Shown here one piece after another: positions 47,737 through 56,923 of a stretch of DNA of 64,000 nt (the first letter of the stretch is position 1; the number at the start of each line of letters is the position of its first letter). The notes beneath the pieces are model-generated. The model searched no databases. It had not been told where the DNA came from and was given only the letters and a program-made list of their open reading frames with translations. Position numbers and translations under genes: made by a program. Origin of the DNA: Treponemataceae bacterium (GTDB lineage Bacteria; Spirochaetota; Spirochaetia; Treponematales; Rectinemataceae); assembly GCA_963677895.2 (NCBI GenBank), contig CAXXGJ010000018.1, positions 512,001 through 576,000 on the forward strand, in the 5' to 3' direction.

Positions 47737-49011
47737 TCAGTCCTGTTTTGCGCGAAGCGCGATCAGCAGTTCCAGGGCCATCGCGTACTTGTACCCCGAA
47801 ACGGTCTTGTCGTCGAATCGGGCGCGGTAGACCATCATTCCCACATAGAACTCGAAAAAATTCCACTTGAGGACGCCGGGTCGCTCTATCTCCCCAATCC
47901 CGAAGGAAATGGCTTCGCCTCTTTCCGGCCGCAAGGTCAGGCCGTCGGAGCTGAGCGTGAGCCTGCCATAACCCAGGCTTTCCATTTTGTCCATGCGCTT
48001 GCCGCGCAGGAGCCGTACTTTTTCGTCGGAAAAAATCGCGCGGCCGGGCGCCGGGGCAAAATCCCGCCCGAGCAGGGTGCCGAGATAAGCCTTCTGCCAG
48101 CCATCCCACTCGCGCAGGGAAGGGAAGAGAATTCCGTCGCCGCCGCCATCCATGGTTTCGCAGACCGGTTTTCCGATATTTCCGGGCGCGGCCGATCGAA
48201 AGCTCCCGTCCTCTCCGTATTCGGCGGCGAATCCGCAGGCAGAACAGGAGATGAGGTTGCCCTCGGACTTCATAGTCTGGAGTTTTCCGCAGGCAGGACA
48301 GGCGTAGACCGCCAGATCGACGCGTTCCGCCCGCTTCGCGCTGCTGAAGCGCAGTCCGCGTTTTTTTGCCCATGCGGGATCGTCGTGATATATCGCTTTA
48401 TTCAGCATTTCATCGATTTCCGCCACGCTCAGTCGTTTGATGCTGAGCGGGTCAAGCAGCTGGGTGAATTCGATCTCCATCTCGCCTTTTCGCTTTCTGT
48501 ATGACCAGCGGGGCTTTGTCATGAAGGCGCCCCTGGAGACGGCGCAGATGACGGGCACCTTGAGCAGCTTGACCAGTTTCGCCGTCGATACGAGGGAGGG
48601 CAGGGATGTCCCGTCCCAGGTAGCTTGGCCCTCCGGATAAAAGCCGACCACGCTTTTTCTCTTTCTGATGAATTCGACGATCCAGTTCACGGTTTCGATG
48701 TCGGGGATGGCCTTCGATTTGGGGATGGATCCGACCAGTTTTATCAGCAGAAAGCGCATCAGGGGAGAGCGGAGGTTGCCGTCGCTCGTTACCCAATGGA
48801 CGGGATGGGGTACGAAGTAATTCGTGAGGATGGGATCCATGTTGCAGGAATGGTTGCCGACGAGGATGAAGGGAGGTTTCACGGTATCGAAGATTTCGCG
48901 CCCGATGGCGTGGGCGTGGTACGTCCCCGCTAGGTAGGCTGCCACTGTATGCCGGAGGATCCAGGTTGAGAACCGAGTGCTGGTGGGGCGATATCGCCGT
49001 GCGTTGATCAT
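47737..49011 (-). CDS. Lysophospholipid acyltransferase (PlsC-like) with C-terminal extension
   Basis: NHSCNMD (HX4D), FYPEG and CPACG..CSACG. Confidence 0.8.
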   Translation of the reverse strand: MINARRYRPTSTRFSTWILRHTVAAYLAGTYHAHAIGREIFDTVKPPFILVGNHSCNMDPILTNYFVPHPVHWVTSDGNLRSPLMRFLLIKLVGSIPKSKAIPDIETVNWIVEFIRKRKSVVGFYPEGQATWDGTSLPSLVSTAKLVKLLKVPVICAVSRGAFMTKPRWSYRKRKGEMEIEFTQLLDPLSIKRLSVAEIDEMLNKAIYHDDPAWAKKRGLRFSSAKRAERVDLAVYACPACGKLQTMKSEGNLISCSACGFAAEYGEDGSFRSAAPGNIGKPVCETMDGGGDGILFPSLREWDGWQKAYLGTLLGRDFAPAPGRAIFSDEKVRLLRGKRMDKMESLGYGRLTLSSDGLTLRPERGEAISFGIGEIERPGVLKWNFFEFYVGMMVYRARFDDKTVSGYKYAMALELLIALRAKQD

Positions 49012-49151
49012 GTTACCCTCTCGTCCTGGAGCAAGTATGGGAGAAAAAAGCATCGGCCGCAACCGGGGGCGCGACCGGCGCCCGCGATCAGTCTACCCTC
49101 ATTTGACTGTCGGGGCTCTTTTCATTATTGTAGCTCAACAAAGCAGGAATT

Positions 49152-49745
49152 ATGGATTTTGACAAAATACTGCGCCAGTGGGACGAAAGTCAGAAACAGG
49201 GCGCCCAGAAGAAGAAAGCCGAGCAGGGTCCGGGTAAAAAAGCCAACGCCCCGGCGGTGGAAGAAAAGTACTCCCAGAAGGCCGGAGCTTCGGTACCCCC
49301 AAAGCAGCAGTCCCCGCGCGGCGCTCCCAAGCAGGTGAACGCCGACGATTATCTCAACCATTGGATGACGATACACGGGGTTCCCGACAAGGATGAACGA
49401 GGCGATCCCGGGGAAAACGACAAGACGGCGCGCATCGAGGAAGCCGAGCGTCTGCGGCGCATGCATCCGCAGGCTGTTCTCGATCTCCATGGCAAGACGG
49501 CCGCCGAGGCCGATGCCTCAATAGTGGATTTTCTGCTGGCCAGCCGCAATTCGGGACTGGAAAAAGTGCTCATCATTCATGGCAAGGGTCTTCATTCAAC
49601 CGGCGAACCTGTCATGGCCGATGTGGTGAGAAGGGCTCTGGAGACGAACAGTCTCTCGGGAAGTTTCGGACCCGCCGACCGCAGTCAGGGAGGGCGGGGT
49701 GCGACATGGGTGAGAATCAGAAAGCGGGATTATTTTTCTCGATAG
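49152..49745 (+). CDS. Smr/MutS2-domain protein
   Basis: [14 protein letters not shown] and GGRGATWV. Confidence 0.9.
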   Translation: MDFDKILRQWDESQKQGAQKKKAEQGPGKKANAPAVEEKYSQKAGASVPPKQQSPRGAPKQVNADDYLNHWMTIHGVPDKDERGDPGENDKTARIEEAERLRRMHPQAVLDLHGKTAAEADASIVDFLLASRNSGLEKVLIIHGKGLHSTGEPVMADVVRRALETNSLSGSFGPADRSQGGRGATWVRIRKRDYFSR

Positions 49746-49948
49746 ATGATTCTGCCTCGGGAAAGATCATAGGGCGAGAGCCCGACGCGGACCTTGTCTC
49801 CCGGGACAATGCGGATATAGTGTTTTCTCATTTTGCCTGAAAGGTGGGCGAGAATGATGTGGCCGTTCTGCAGCTCGACCCTGAACATTGTGTTTGGGAG
49901 GGCTTCTCGAACGATTCCCTCTACCTCTATGGCTTCTTCTTTCGCCAC
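49730..49948 (-). CDS. infA: Translation initiation factor IF-1
   Basis: GTG start, 72 aa, [10 protein letters not shown]...[18 protein letters not shown]...RGRIIYR. Confidence 0.97.
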   Translation of the reverse strand: MAKEEAIEVEGIVREALPNTMFRVELQNGHIILAHLSGKMRKHYIRIVPGDKVRVGLSPYDLSRGRIIYREK

Positions 49949-50157
49949 GTCGACTCCTTGGATTGGTGGGCCTTCAATTTTTCGGATTGGTACTTGCGCC
50001 CAGTAAATATATGAAATAGTATGTACCGCCGAGACGAATGTCAACATGCGCGGGAGCGCGCGGTGCATACGACTTGACATTTTACGCTATATGATGCATT
50101 GTGCGCATCCAAAATTACAGAACCGGCGTTGAAAAATGCCTTGTTCGGGGGAGTCTG

Positions 50158-50514
50158 ATGGAAACAACCTTTACCGAACAGATGCGGGAATTGCTCATTC
50201 TGCAGAAGCGCGAGATCCTCGAGGCCCTCGCCGCCACAAATGAAGAATTCCGGGCTATCGTCGCGGAGATGGATCCCAAGGATGTAGCCGATGTCGCGTC
50301 CGATGATATCGACAGAAAGATGATCGAGGCGCTCGGCTCCCAGGATATCAAGAGGCTCAAGGCCATAGACGCGGCGCTCACGCGCATAAGTCAGGGGCGA
50401 TACGGGCTTTGCATGGCCTGCGGCAAGAAAATACCCCAGGAAAGGCTCGGGGCTATCCCCTACGCCGTCCTCTGCATAGACTGCCAGAAGAGCGAGGAGC
50501 GACGGAACCGCTGA
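50158..50514 (+). CDS. TraR/DksA family transcription factor
   Basis: DVAD coiled-coil tip and YGLCMACG...LCIDC zinc finger. Confidence 0.9.
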   Translation: METTFTEQMRELLILQKREILEALAATNEEFRAIVAEMDPKDVADVASDDIDRKMIEALGSQDIKRLKAIDAALTRISQGRYGLCMACGKKIPQERLGAIPYAVLCIDCQKSEERRNR

Positions 50515-50550
50515 CAACGAGATTGTTGGCTGATCTAAAATGAATTTATG

Positions 50551-50578
50551 CGGGGCAGCGGAAGCTGCCCCGTTTTTA
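50551..50578 (+). terminator. Intrinsic terminator
   Basis: CGGGGCAGC-GGAA-GCTGCCCCG followed by TTTTT. Confidence 0.75.
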
Positions 50579-51451
50579 TATCTTCACCCCTCGACTGGTA
50601 TTTCCGGCCTCGTCTATCCCGATTTCCCGCCACAGGCGGTCGGCGTCCATATACCAGAGACTCTCATAGCCGGCTTCCCTGGCCGCGCCTATGGCGACGG
50701 CCTGATATCGGCCGAGATGCGCCGGCGCATGCGCGTCGTCGCCCAGGGTCAGCCTCAGGCCTTTTTCGCGCATGTGTCTCAGGATGGCCATGGATGGGTA
50801 GGGCGAGTCGATCTTTCCCCTGGCCAGGCCTCCGGTGTTGATCTCCGCCACGCGATCCAGTTCGGATGCCCTGTCGACGGCGGCAAAGGCGGCGGCCAGA
50901 TAATCGGCGGCCCGCTCGTCGAACCATCTTCCTTTCGCGTTGTTTTTCTTCACGAGATCGAAATGTCCCAGAATGTCGAAACCGCCTTTTTCGATCATGG
51001 CGATCAGGTTTTCATAATATTGTTTCCACACGAGCGACGCGTCTCCCCCGAGGCCGGCTACATGGCGCGCGAAATCCTCCTCGGGCTCGTCGACGGTAAA
51101 CTCGTCCTCGGCCAGGCCGGTGAGGAAATGTACGGAACCCAGGCGAAAATCGGGGTCGATGACGTCATAGGCTCCGTCTCCGGGAGAAACGATGTCCCGG
51201 ATGTAGTCGATTTCCAGGCCGAGGAGAATGGTCATGCCGCGGGGCTTCCAGAGCGAGGCGAGCGATCGTATCGACGCGGCGTAGTCGCCGATGGATCGCC
51301 ACTTCATGTTCCATGAGGTTTCGAAGGGCAGGGGGGCATGGGAGGAAAATCCCAGGATCGAATAGCCGGTCTCGAACGCCGCTTCGGCCATGGTCTCGGC
51401 CTTCGATGTCCCGTCGCAGAATTCCGTGTGCGTGTGGTAACTGAACAGCAT
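50576..51451 (-). CDS. PHP-family histidinol-phosphatase (HisJ/HisK-like)
   Basis: HTHTEFCDG, SSHAP, GLEID, GSVH, GHFDL and DDAH. Confidence 0.85.
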   Translation of the reverse strand: MLFSYHTHTEFCDGTSKAETMAEAAFETGYSILGFSSHAPLPFETSWNMKWRSIGDYAASIRSLASLWKPRGMTILLGLEIDYIRDIVSPGDGAYDVIDPDFRLGSVHFLTGLAEDEFTVDEPEEDFARHVAGLGGDASLVWKQYYENLIAMIEKGGFDILGHFDLVKKNNAKGRWFDERAADYLAAAFAAVDRASELDRVAEINTGGLARGKIDSPYPSMAILRHMREKGLRLTLGDDAHAPAHLGRYQAVAIGAAREAGYESLWYMDADRLWREIGIDEAGNTSRGVKI

Positions 51452-51553
51452 GGCTTACTATAACGGATAGGCGGCGGAGCGCGCCAGCCGGGTTCGAGTC
51501 GGCGCGGCCCAGGCGCTTGACTGTCCGCTCGCGCGACCTCTACTATTGAGCCA

Positions 51554-52669
51554 ATGGAACAGGAAAAGCCTTTCGACGCAGCTGCCTCCGATTCGGCGCG
51601 GATCGGAGAGAGTTTCAAGAATCTGGTGAAGGCGCTTCCCGATATAGTCTACGTCCTCGATCCTTCCGGCTATTTCGTCTATCTGAACGAAGCGGTGCGC
51701 AGTCTCGGCTATGAGCCGGAATCGCTCATAGGCAGGCACTTTACCGAGATCATCCACGAAGATGACCGGCTCAAGGTATCCCGCGACGCCGTTCTCGCCA
51801 AGATCCGCACGCAGGAGGCCTTTCCGGAGACGCCTCCCAAGCTTTTCGACGAACGCCGCTCGGGTCAGCGAATGACAAGGGAACTCGAGGTAAGGCTCAT
51901 CGACGGTAAAAACGGGGAAATCGTCTATGCTTCGGTCAATGCCTATGGCGAACCGGTGGCCGACCCCGTTCTTCACTCGCTTTTCAAGACCGATGGTCCG
52001 GTTACGATGGGCGTCATCCATGACGTCACGGCCGCCATGCTCTACCGGAAAAGCCTCGAGGAAAACCTCGCCTCGAAGGAAATCCTCCTCAAGGAAATCC
52101 ACAACCGCGTCCGCGACAATCTGCAGATGATCTCGAGCCTGGCCCACCTGCGCGAGATGGACGTCCACGAGGAAAGCGCGAAGCGGTCCCTTTCCGAGCT
52201 CATCGCCCAGATCAAATCCATCGCCATCGTCCACGAAGCGCTCTATCAAGCCGAAAATGTCTCGGGCGTCTCGGCGCGGCACTATTTCGAGCACTTTGCC
52301 CGCCTCATGGTGCAGTCCTATGGTCACATCGGTTCTCCCGTCACGCTGAAGGTAAACGCCGACGATTGTCTTCTCGACGCGGGAAGGCTTTCCTGCATGG
52401 CGGTGATCGCCAGCGAGTTCGTATCGAACGCGTACCGCAACGCTTTTCAGGATGGCCGGGCGGGCACGATCACCATAACCTATCACCGTCTGCCCGAAAG
52501 CGATGAACTTGCCGTCATGGACGACGGAAAGGAGCCTTCCCCCGACCAAGACACAGGATCCGGGCTAGGTACTGAAATTGTGGAAGCGCTGGCGAAGCAG
52601 CTTGGCGGGCGGATAGAAAGAGAGTCCGCGGGCGGCACGTCCATGAAACTGATAATGTCGCTGCCATGA
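51554..52669 (+). CDS. PAS-domain HisKA_2-type sensor kinase, possibly degenerate
   Basis: PAS domain; EIHNRVRDNLQMI, EFVSNAY and GSGLG...QLGG. Confidence 0.8.
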   Translation: MEQEKPFDAAASDSARIGESFKNLVKALPDIVYVLDPSGYFVYLNEAVRSLGYEPESLIGRHFTEIIHEDDRLKVSRDAVLAKIRTQEAFPETPPKLFDERRSGQRMTRELEVRLIDGKNGEIVYASVNAYGEPVADPVLHSLFKTDGPVTMGVIHDVTAAMLYRKSLEENLASKEILLKEIHNRVRDNLQMISSLAHLREMDVHEESAKRSLSELIAQIKSIAIVHEALYQAENVSGVSARHYFEHFARLMVQSYGHIGSPVTLKVNADDCLLDAGRLSCMAVIASEFVSNAYRNAFQDGRAGTITITYHRLPESDELAVMDDGKEPSPDQDTGSGLGTEIVEALAKQLGGRIERESAGGTSMKLIMSLP

Positions 52670-52777
52670 GAAGAGCTTTTTAATTTTTCTGTATATAATA
52701 GTTATATTATATATAACATTCAGGTATTTCCCCCGCGGACCAGAGGGGAAGACCGAGGATCCAAGGAGTCGAAAGGC

Positions 52778-53713
52778 ATGGACGCCAGCTACGAATTGAT
52801 CATCATTGGAGCGGGAGTGGCCGGATTGACGGCAGCCCAATATGGGGCCCGCGCGAATCTCAAAACGCTCGTCATCGAGGAAATGGCGCCCGGTGGGCAG
52901 GTTCTGCTCATCGACCAACTGGAAAACTATCCCGGCATCAAGGAACCGGTTTCAGGCTACGATCTCTCGGAGACGATGAGGATGCAGGCCGAAGGTTTCG
53001 GCGCCGAATTCGTCACGACATCGGTGGAAAAGGTCGAAAAGTCAAGCATGGGATTTTCCGTGACGACCTCCGACGGAATTTTCAAGGCCGAGGCGGCCAT
53101 CATCGCCACCGGCGCGAAGCATCGCCGGCTCGATATTCCCGGCGAGGAAGCCTTCATAGGCAGGGGTGTCTCCTACTGCGCCACCTGCGACGGTCCCTTC
53201 TTCAAAGGGAAGAAGATACTCGTAGTGGGCGGCGGCGACTCAGCCTGTGACGAAGCCATGTACCTCGCCAAGCTGTCGAACAGGATCGTCATGATCCATC
53301 GCAAGGATCGCTTCAGGGCGCAGAAGGCTCTAGCCGAGCGCGTTCTGGACAACCCGAACGTACAGGTTGTTTTCAATACGGTGGCTCTCGAGATTCGCGG
53401 AACCAAGAAAGTGGAATCGGTCCTGCTGAAGGACGTGGTGAGCGGAGAAACGCGCGAGGAAGCCTTCGACGCGGTTTTCGTCTTCGTGGGTTCCGACCCG
53501 AACACCGCCTTCCTTCCTGACATAGCCAAGGATGAAACCCGTTACATCATCACCGACGAGAAGATGGCCACGAGCCTGCCCGGTCTCTTCGCCGCCGGCG
53601 ATGTGCGCGTTTCGCCCTTCAGGCAGATCGTGACGGCTTGTTCCGACGGGGCCGTGGCCGCCCATGCGGCATCCCAATACATAGACGAGACGAGGGGGGC
53701 GGCATATCGCTAG
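52778..53713 (+). CDS. trxB: Thioredoxin reductase
   Basis: GAGVAG, ENYPG, SYCATCDG, GGGDSA and FAAGDV. Confidence 0.95.
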   Translation: MDASYELIIIGAGVAGLTAAQYGARANLKTLVIEEMAPGGQVLLIDQLENYPGIKEPVSGYDLSETMRMQAEGFGAEFVTTSVEKVEKSSMGFSVTTSDGIFKAEAAIIATGAKHRRLDIPGEEAFIGRGVSYCATCDGPFFKGKKILVVGGGDSACDEAMYLAKLSNRIVMIHRKDRFRAQKALAERVLDNPNVQVVFNTVALEIRGTKKVESVLLKDVVSGETREEAFDAVFVFVGSDPNTAFLPDIAKDETRYIITDEKMATSLPGLFAAGDVRVSPFRQIVTACSDGAVAAHAASQYIDETRGAAYR

Positions 53714-53948
53714 AAAACCGGAGCCGGGGCGGGCGGGGAGAGGCGGATACGGAACGAAGGTTGGATCAGTCATCCTGTTCGCCTTCGTTTTCGCCCCCCT
53801 CGTTTTCGCCGCGCCGGGCTCCGCCGCGACGAGTTTTGCCGCGAACCCGACCCCGCGCGATTTCTGGCGCGAGCCCGATGTTTCGGGCTATCCTGCCTTT
53901 CTGCAGGAAAAGTGGGCTTCCTATCTGGTCGAGGCCTATCTGGGATCG

Positions 53949-55493
53949 ATGACCGACGAGGAAATTCTGTCCCAGGTCCTCATGGTGGGGTATTCGGGCA
54001 TGGTACCCTCGGCCTCTCTTCTGCGCTGGGTGGAAACCTGGGGCATCGGCGGCGTCAAGATTTTCGGATGGAACGCCGAGGACACCACGGCGCTTGCCGA
54101 CGCCATCGCGGTAATCCAGAAAAGGGCCCTCGCTCGTCCCTCCTCCCTTCCGGTCCTCGTCGCCACCGACCAGGAAGGCGGCTGGATTCGCCACGTGAAG
54201 GGAGAAACCTCGGAATCGCCGGGTAATATGGCCATCGGCGCCACCGCCTCGGTCCGCGACGCATATCTGGCCGGTTTCCATATCGGAAAGGAACTGAGGA
54301 TTCTCGGCATCACCATGAATTTCGCCCCCGATGTGGACGTCGCGACCAATCCCGACAGCGTGATCATCGGACCGAGGGCTTTTTCGGACGATCCTGCCCT
54401 CGTGGCGAAATTGGGGCTTGCCTACGCGCGCGGCTCTCTCGCCGCTGGCGTCATACCTACGGCCAAGCACTATCCGGGGCACGGCGCCACGTCCAAGGAC
54501 TCCCACGGCTCGCTGCCCGTCATAGACGTCGACGAAAGCACCTTTCTGCGCCGGGAACTGGCTCCTTTCGCGAGCCTTGTCCGCGACGGAATTCCCGCCA
54601 TAATGAGCGGCCACCTGGCTTTTCCCAAGATTACAGGCGGTTTCGAGCCGGCCTCGCTCTCGAAATCCCTGATAACCGACTACCTGCGCGGCAGGCTGGG
54701 GTACAAAGGTCTTGTCATCACCGATGATCTCTATATGGCGGGAGCCCTTGGGGAGGGCTCCATTTTGGGCACCTGCATCCAGGCGCTGATGGCGGGAAAC
54801 GACATGATTCTGCTCTCGGCCGCCCCCGATCTGGATGGAGCTTTGTGGAAGGGCCTTCTCGCCAAATATAGGGGTGATGAAGCCTTCAGGAAAAGGGCGA
54901 GAGAGGCGGCGGGGCGCGGAATCGCCCTCAAGCTGAGGCATCTGCGGCCCCTGGGAGAGAAAGCGCTCGTGCCCGACTCCAGGGCGGTGGCCAGGCTTCT
55001 TCCCGATCCCGAAGCGCAGGTCTTTTTCAGGGACTTGGCCAGGCGCAGCGTTTCCCTCGTGGGGAAGGGCGAGCTGCCTTTCCTTCCCGAGAAAAAAGTC
55101 ATGATCGCCGGACCTTTTTCCGCGTTCAACACGATCGGGAAGAAGAAATACCCCAATTCCACCTCCTATCAGTTTTCGTACAGGCCCGAAAACACCGCGT
55201 CCAAGGCCGAGCTGGACGATTTCAGGGCGGCGATATCCGGCTGCGAAGCCGCCATCGTCTGCGTAGCGAACGCGGCGGGACTGCAGTTCGCCAGCGCCGC
55301 CCACGACGCGGGCCTCAAGGTAGCGATCATATCCGTGCTCTCGCCCGTCAATGTAAGGCATTCCTCCTGGGCTCAGGCTATCGTGGCCGTCTACCACTAC
55401 GCGCCCGTCTGTCTGGAGGCCGGTTTCGACGCCCTTCTCGGGGAAATCCCGGCGGGAGGTCATGTGCCCCTGTCGGCGAAGGCGCTGCGATAG
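53949..55493 (+). CDS. nagZ: GH3 beta-N-acetylhexosaminidase (true start probably further upstream)
   Basis: DQEGG, KHYPGHGATSKDSH (NagZ signature) and ITDDL. Confidence 0.8.
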   Translation: MTDEEILSQVLMVGYSGMVPSASLLRWVETWGIGGVKIFGWNAEDTTALADAIAVIQKRALARPSSLPVLVATDQEGGWIRHVKGETSESPGNMAIGATASVRDAYLAGFHIGKELRILGITMNFAPDVDVATNPDSVIIGPRAFSDDPALVAKLGLAYARGSLAAGVIPTAKHYPGHGATSKDSHGSLPVIDVDESTFLRRELAPFASLVRDGIPAIMSGHLAFPKITGGFEPASLSKSLITDYLRGRLGYKGLVITDDLYMAGALGEGSILGTCIQALMAGNDMILLSAAPDLDGALWKGLLAKYRGDEAFRKRAREAAGRGIALKLRHLRPLGEKALVPDSRAVARLLPDPEAQVFFRDLARRSVSLVGKGELPFLPEKKVMIAGPFSAFNTIGKKKYPNSTSYQFSYRPENTASKAELDDFRAAISGCEAAIVCVANAAGLQFASAAHDAGLKVAIISVLSPVNVRHSSWAQAIVAVYHYAPVCLEAGFDALLGEIPAGGHVPLSAKALR

Positions 55494-55510
55494 CCATGAG
55501 GCCGGATTGA

Positions 55511-56110
55511 ATGAGTCGCGTTTTGCGTGAAGCGGACCTGCTAGGATTCGATTTTCCGCCGCAGCGGGAAATCTGCGGCATCGACGAGGCCGGCAGGGGA
55601 CCTTTGGCCGGCCCCGTCTGCGCCGCGGCCGTCCTGCTCCCCGCGGATTTCGCCTTCGGATTGCTGGACGATTCCAAGGCATTGAGTCCCGCTAAAAGGA
55701 TTAGAGCCTACGAAGCCATCGTGTCGGGAGCTCTCGATTGGGCGGTGGGTTGGGCGACCTGGGAGGAAATCGGGCGTCTGAACATTCTCAACGCCAGCCT
55801 TTTGGCGATGAAACGCGCCTTCGATGCCCTCGTTCTCGAACCGAAAATGGTTTTCGTGGACGGCAACAAGGCGCCTTCCCTGGGCTGTCCGGTATTTCCG
55901 CTCATAAAGGGCGACAGTCTTCTTCCCTCGATCATGGCCGCGTCCATTCTGGCCAAGGTCGCGCGGGACAGGCTCATGGCGAGGCTGGACGCCATAGAGC
56001 CGCAGTACGGTTTCGCGCGGCACAAAGGCTATCCCACGAAGGCGCACCGCGAGGCCATAAAAAAAACCGGGCTCTCGCTCTGGGCGAGACCCGGTTTCAG
56101 GGTTGAATGA
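55511..56110 (+). CDS. rnhB: Ribonuclease HII
   Basis: GIDEAGRGPLAGP, DSK, AASILAKVARD and HKGYPT. Confidence 0.96.
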   Translation: MSRVLREADLLGFDFPPQREICGIDEAGRGPLAGPVCAAAVLLPADFAFGLLDDSKALSPAKRIRAYEAIVSGALDWAVGWATWEEIGRLNILNASLLAMKRAFDALVLEPKMVFVDGNKAPSLGCPVFPLIKGDSLLPSIMAASILAKVARDRLMARLDAIEPQYGFARHKGYPTKAHREAIKKTGLSLWARPGFRVE

Positions 56111-56125
56111 TAGGTCGGACGGAGA

Positions 56126-56842
56126 TCAGTCCGTCGGGCCGGATTTTTTCACTTTGCGCACGACGATGCGCTTGACCGGCTTGTCCGCGCCGCGGGAACC
56201 CGTCGCGGGGCCTTTGCTGCCCGGGCGTTCGGTGTATCGTCCCGCCGAGGACAAGGGCTTGCCCGATGAGGCGCCCGAGCGGCCGGAAGGGGCGCCCGAA
56301 CGGGGCGAAGCGGTGAATGTGCGGCCAGCGGAAGCGCCCGTGCGGGGCGAGGCGGTGAAGGTACGGCCGGCTGGAGCGCCCGTCCTTTCGGAAGGGGAAC
56401 TGGTCCTGCCGGAGGGGCCGCCCGCGCGCACCACGGCTCTTCTCGCCGGTTTATGATCCGAATCGCCATGTTCGCGGTAGGATGAAGATCTGCCTTCGCG
56501 GGGGCTGTCAAACTCGCGGCGCGGCCTGGATTCCGAACTCCTGCGCGCGGGGCGCTTGCCTTCGTCCTCGTCGTCCGAACGATTGTAAGCGGTCGGATCC
56601 GGGGCTACCTTGATGCCTGTCTTGTCTATGAATTTAAGCGCCGATTGGAGGGACTTCAGGAATTCCTCCATATGCTCGCCGAACACCACGATGGAACGCC
56701 TGTCGAAGCTTTCACCTTCGCTGGGCTTGCTCTCGACGATGCTCAGGAACACGTCGCCGTTCCTGTTCTGTTTGACGTTGAAAAAATACGTCCTGCCATC
56801 GCAGGCGAATCTCGTCGAAAAAAGCTCTCCGCGAATACCCAT
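56126..56842 (-). CDS. PUR-domain (DUF3276/BpuR-like) nucleic-acid-binding protein with disordered tail
   Basis: GELFS...RTYFFNVKQNRNGDVFLSIVESK...RRSIVVF, then an R/S/G/P-rich tail. Confidence 0.8.
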   Translation of the reverse strand: MGIRGELFSTRFACDGRTYFFNVKQNRNGDVFLSIVESKPSEGESFDRRSIVVFGEHMEEFLKSLQSALKFIDKTGIKVAPDPTAYNRSDDEDEGKRPARRSSESRPRREFDSPREGRSSSYREHGDSDHKPARRAVVRAGGPSGRTSSPSERTGAPAGRTFTASPRTGASAGRTFTASPRSGAPSGRSGASSGKPLSSAGRYTERPGSKGPATGSRGADKPVKRIVVRKVKKSGPTD

Positions 56843-56923
56843 CCCTAACTCCTCTTGTAAGCAGCGTTCCATACTACACGAAAGTCCGGGTTTTGCACAA
56901 GCCGCGAAGCCTTCGCGGGCTTC

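Noticed and set aside
52692..52717. AT-rich dyad upstream of trxB as a PerR/Fur box
   Set aside because: Three mismatches to TTATAATNATTATAA in very AT-rich DNA; not distinguishable from chance.
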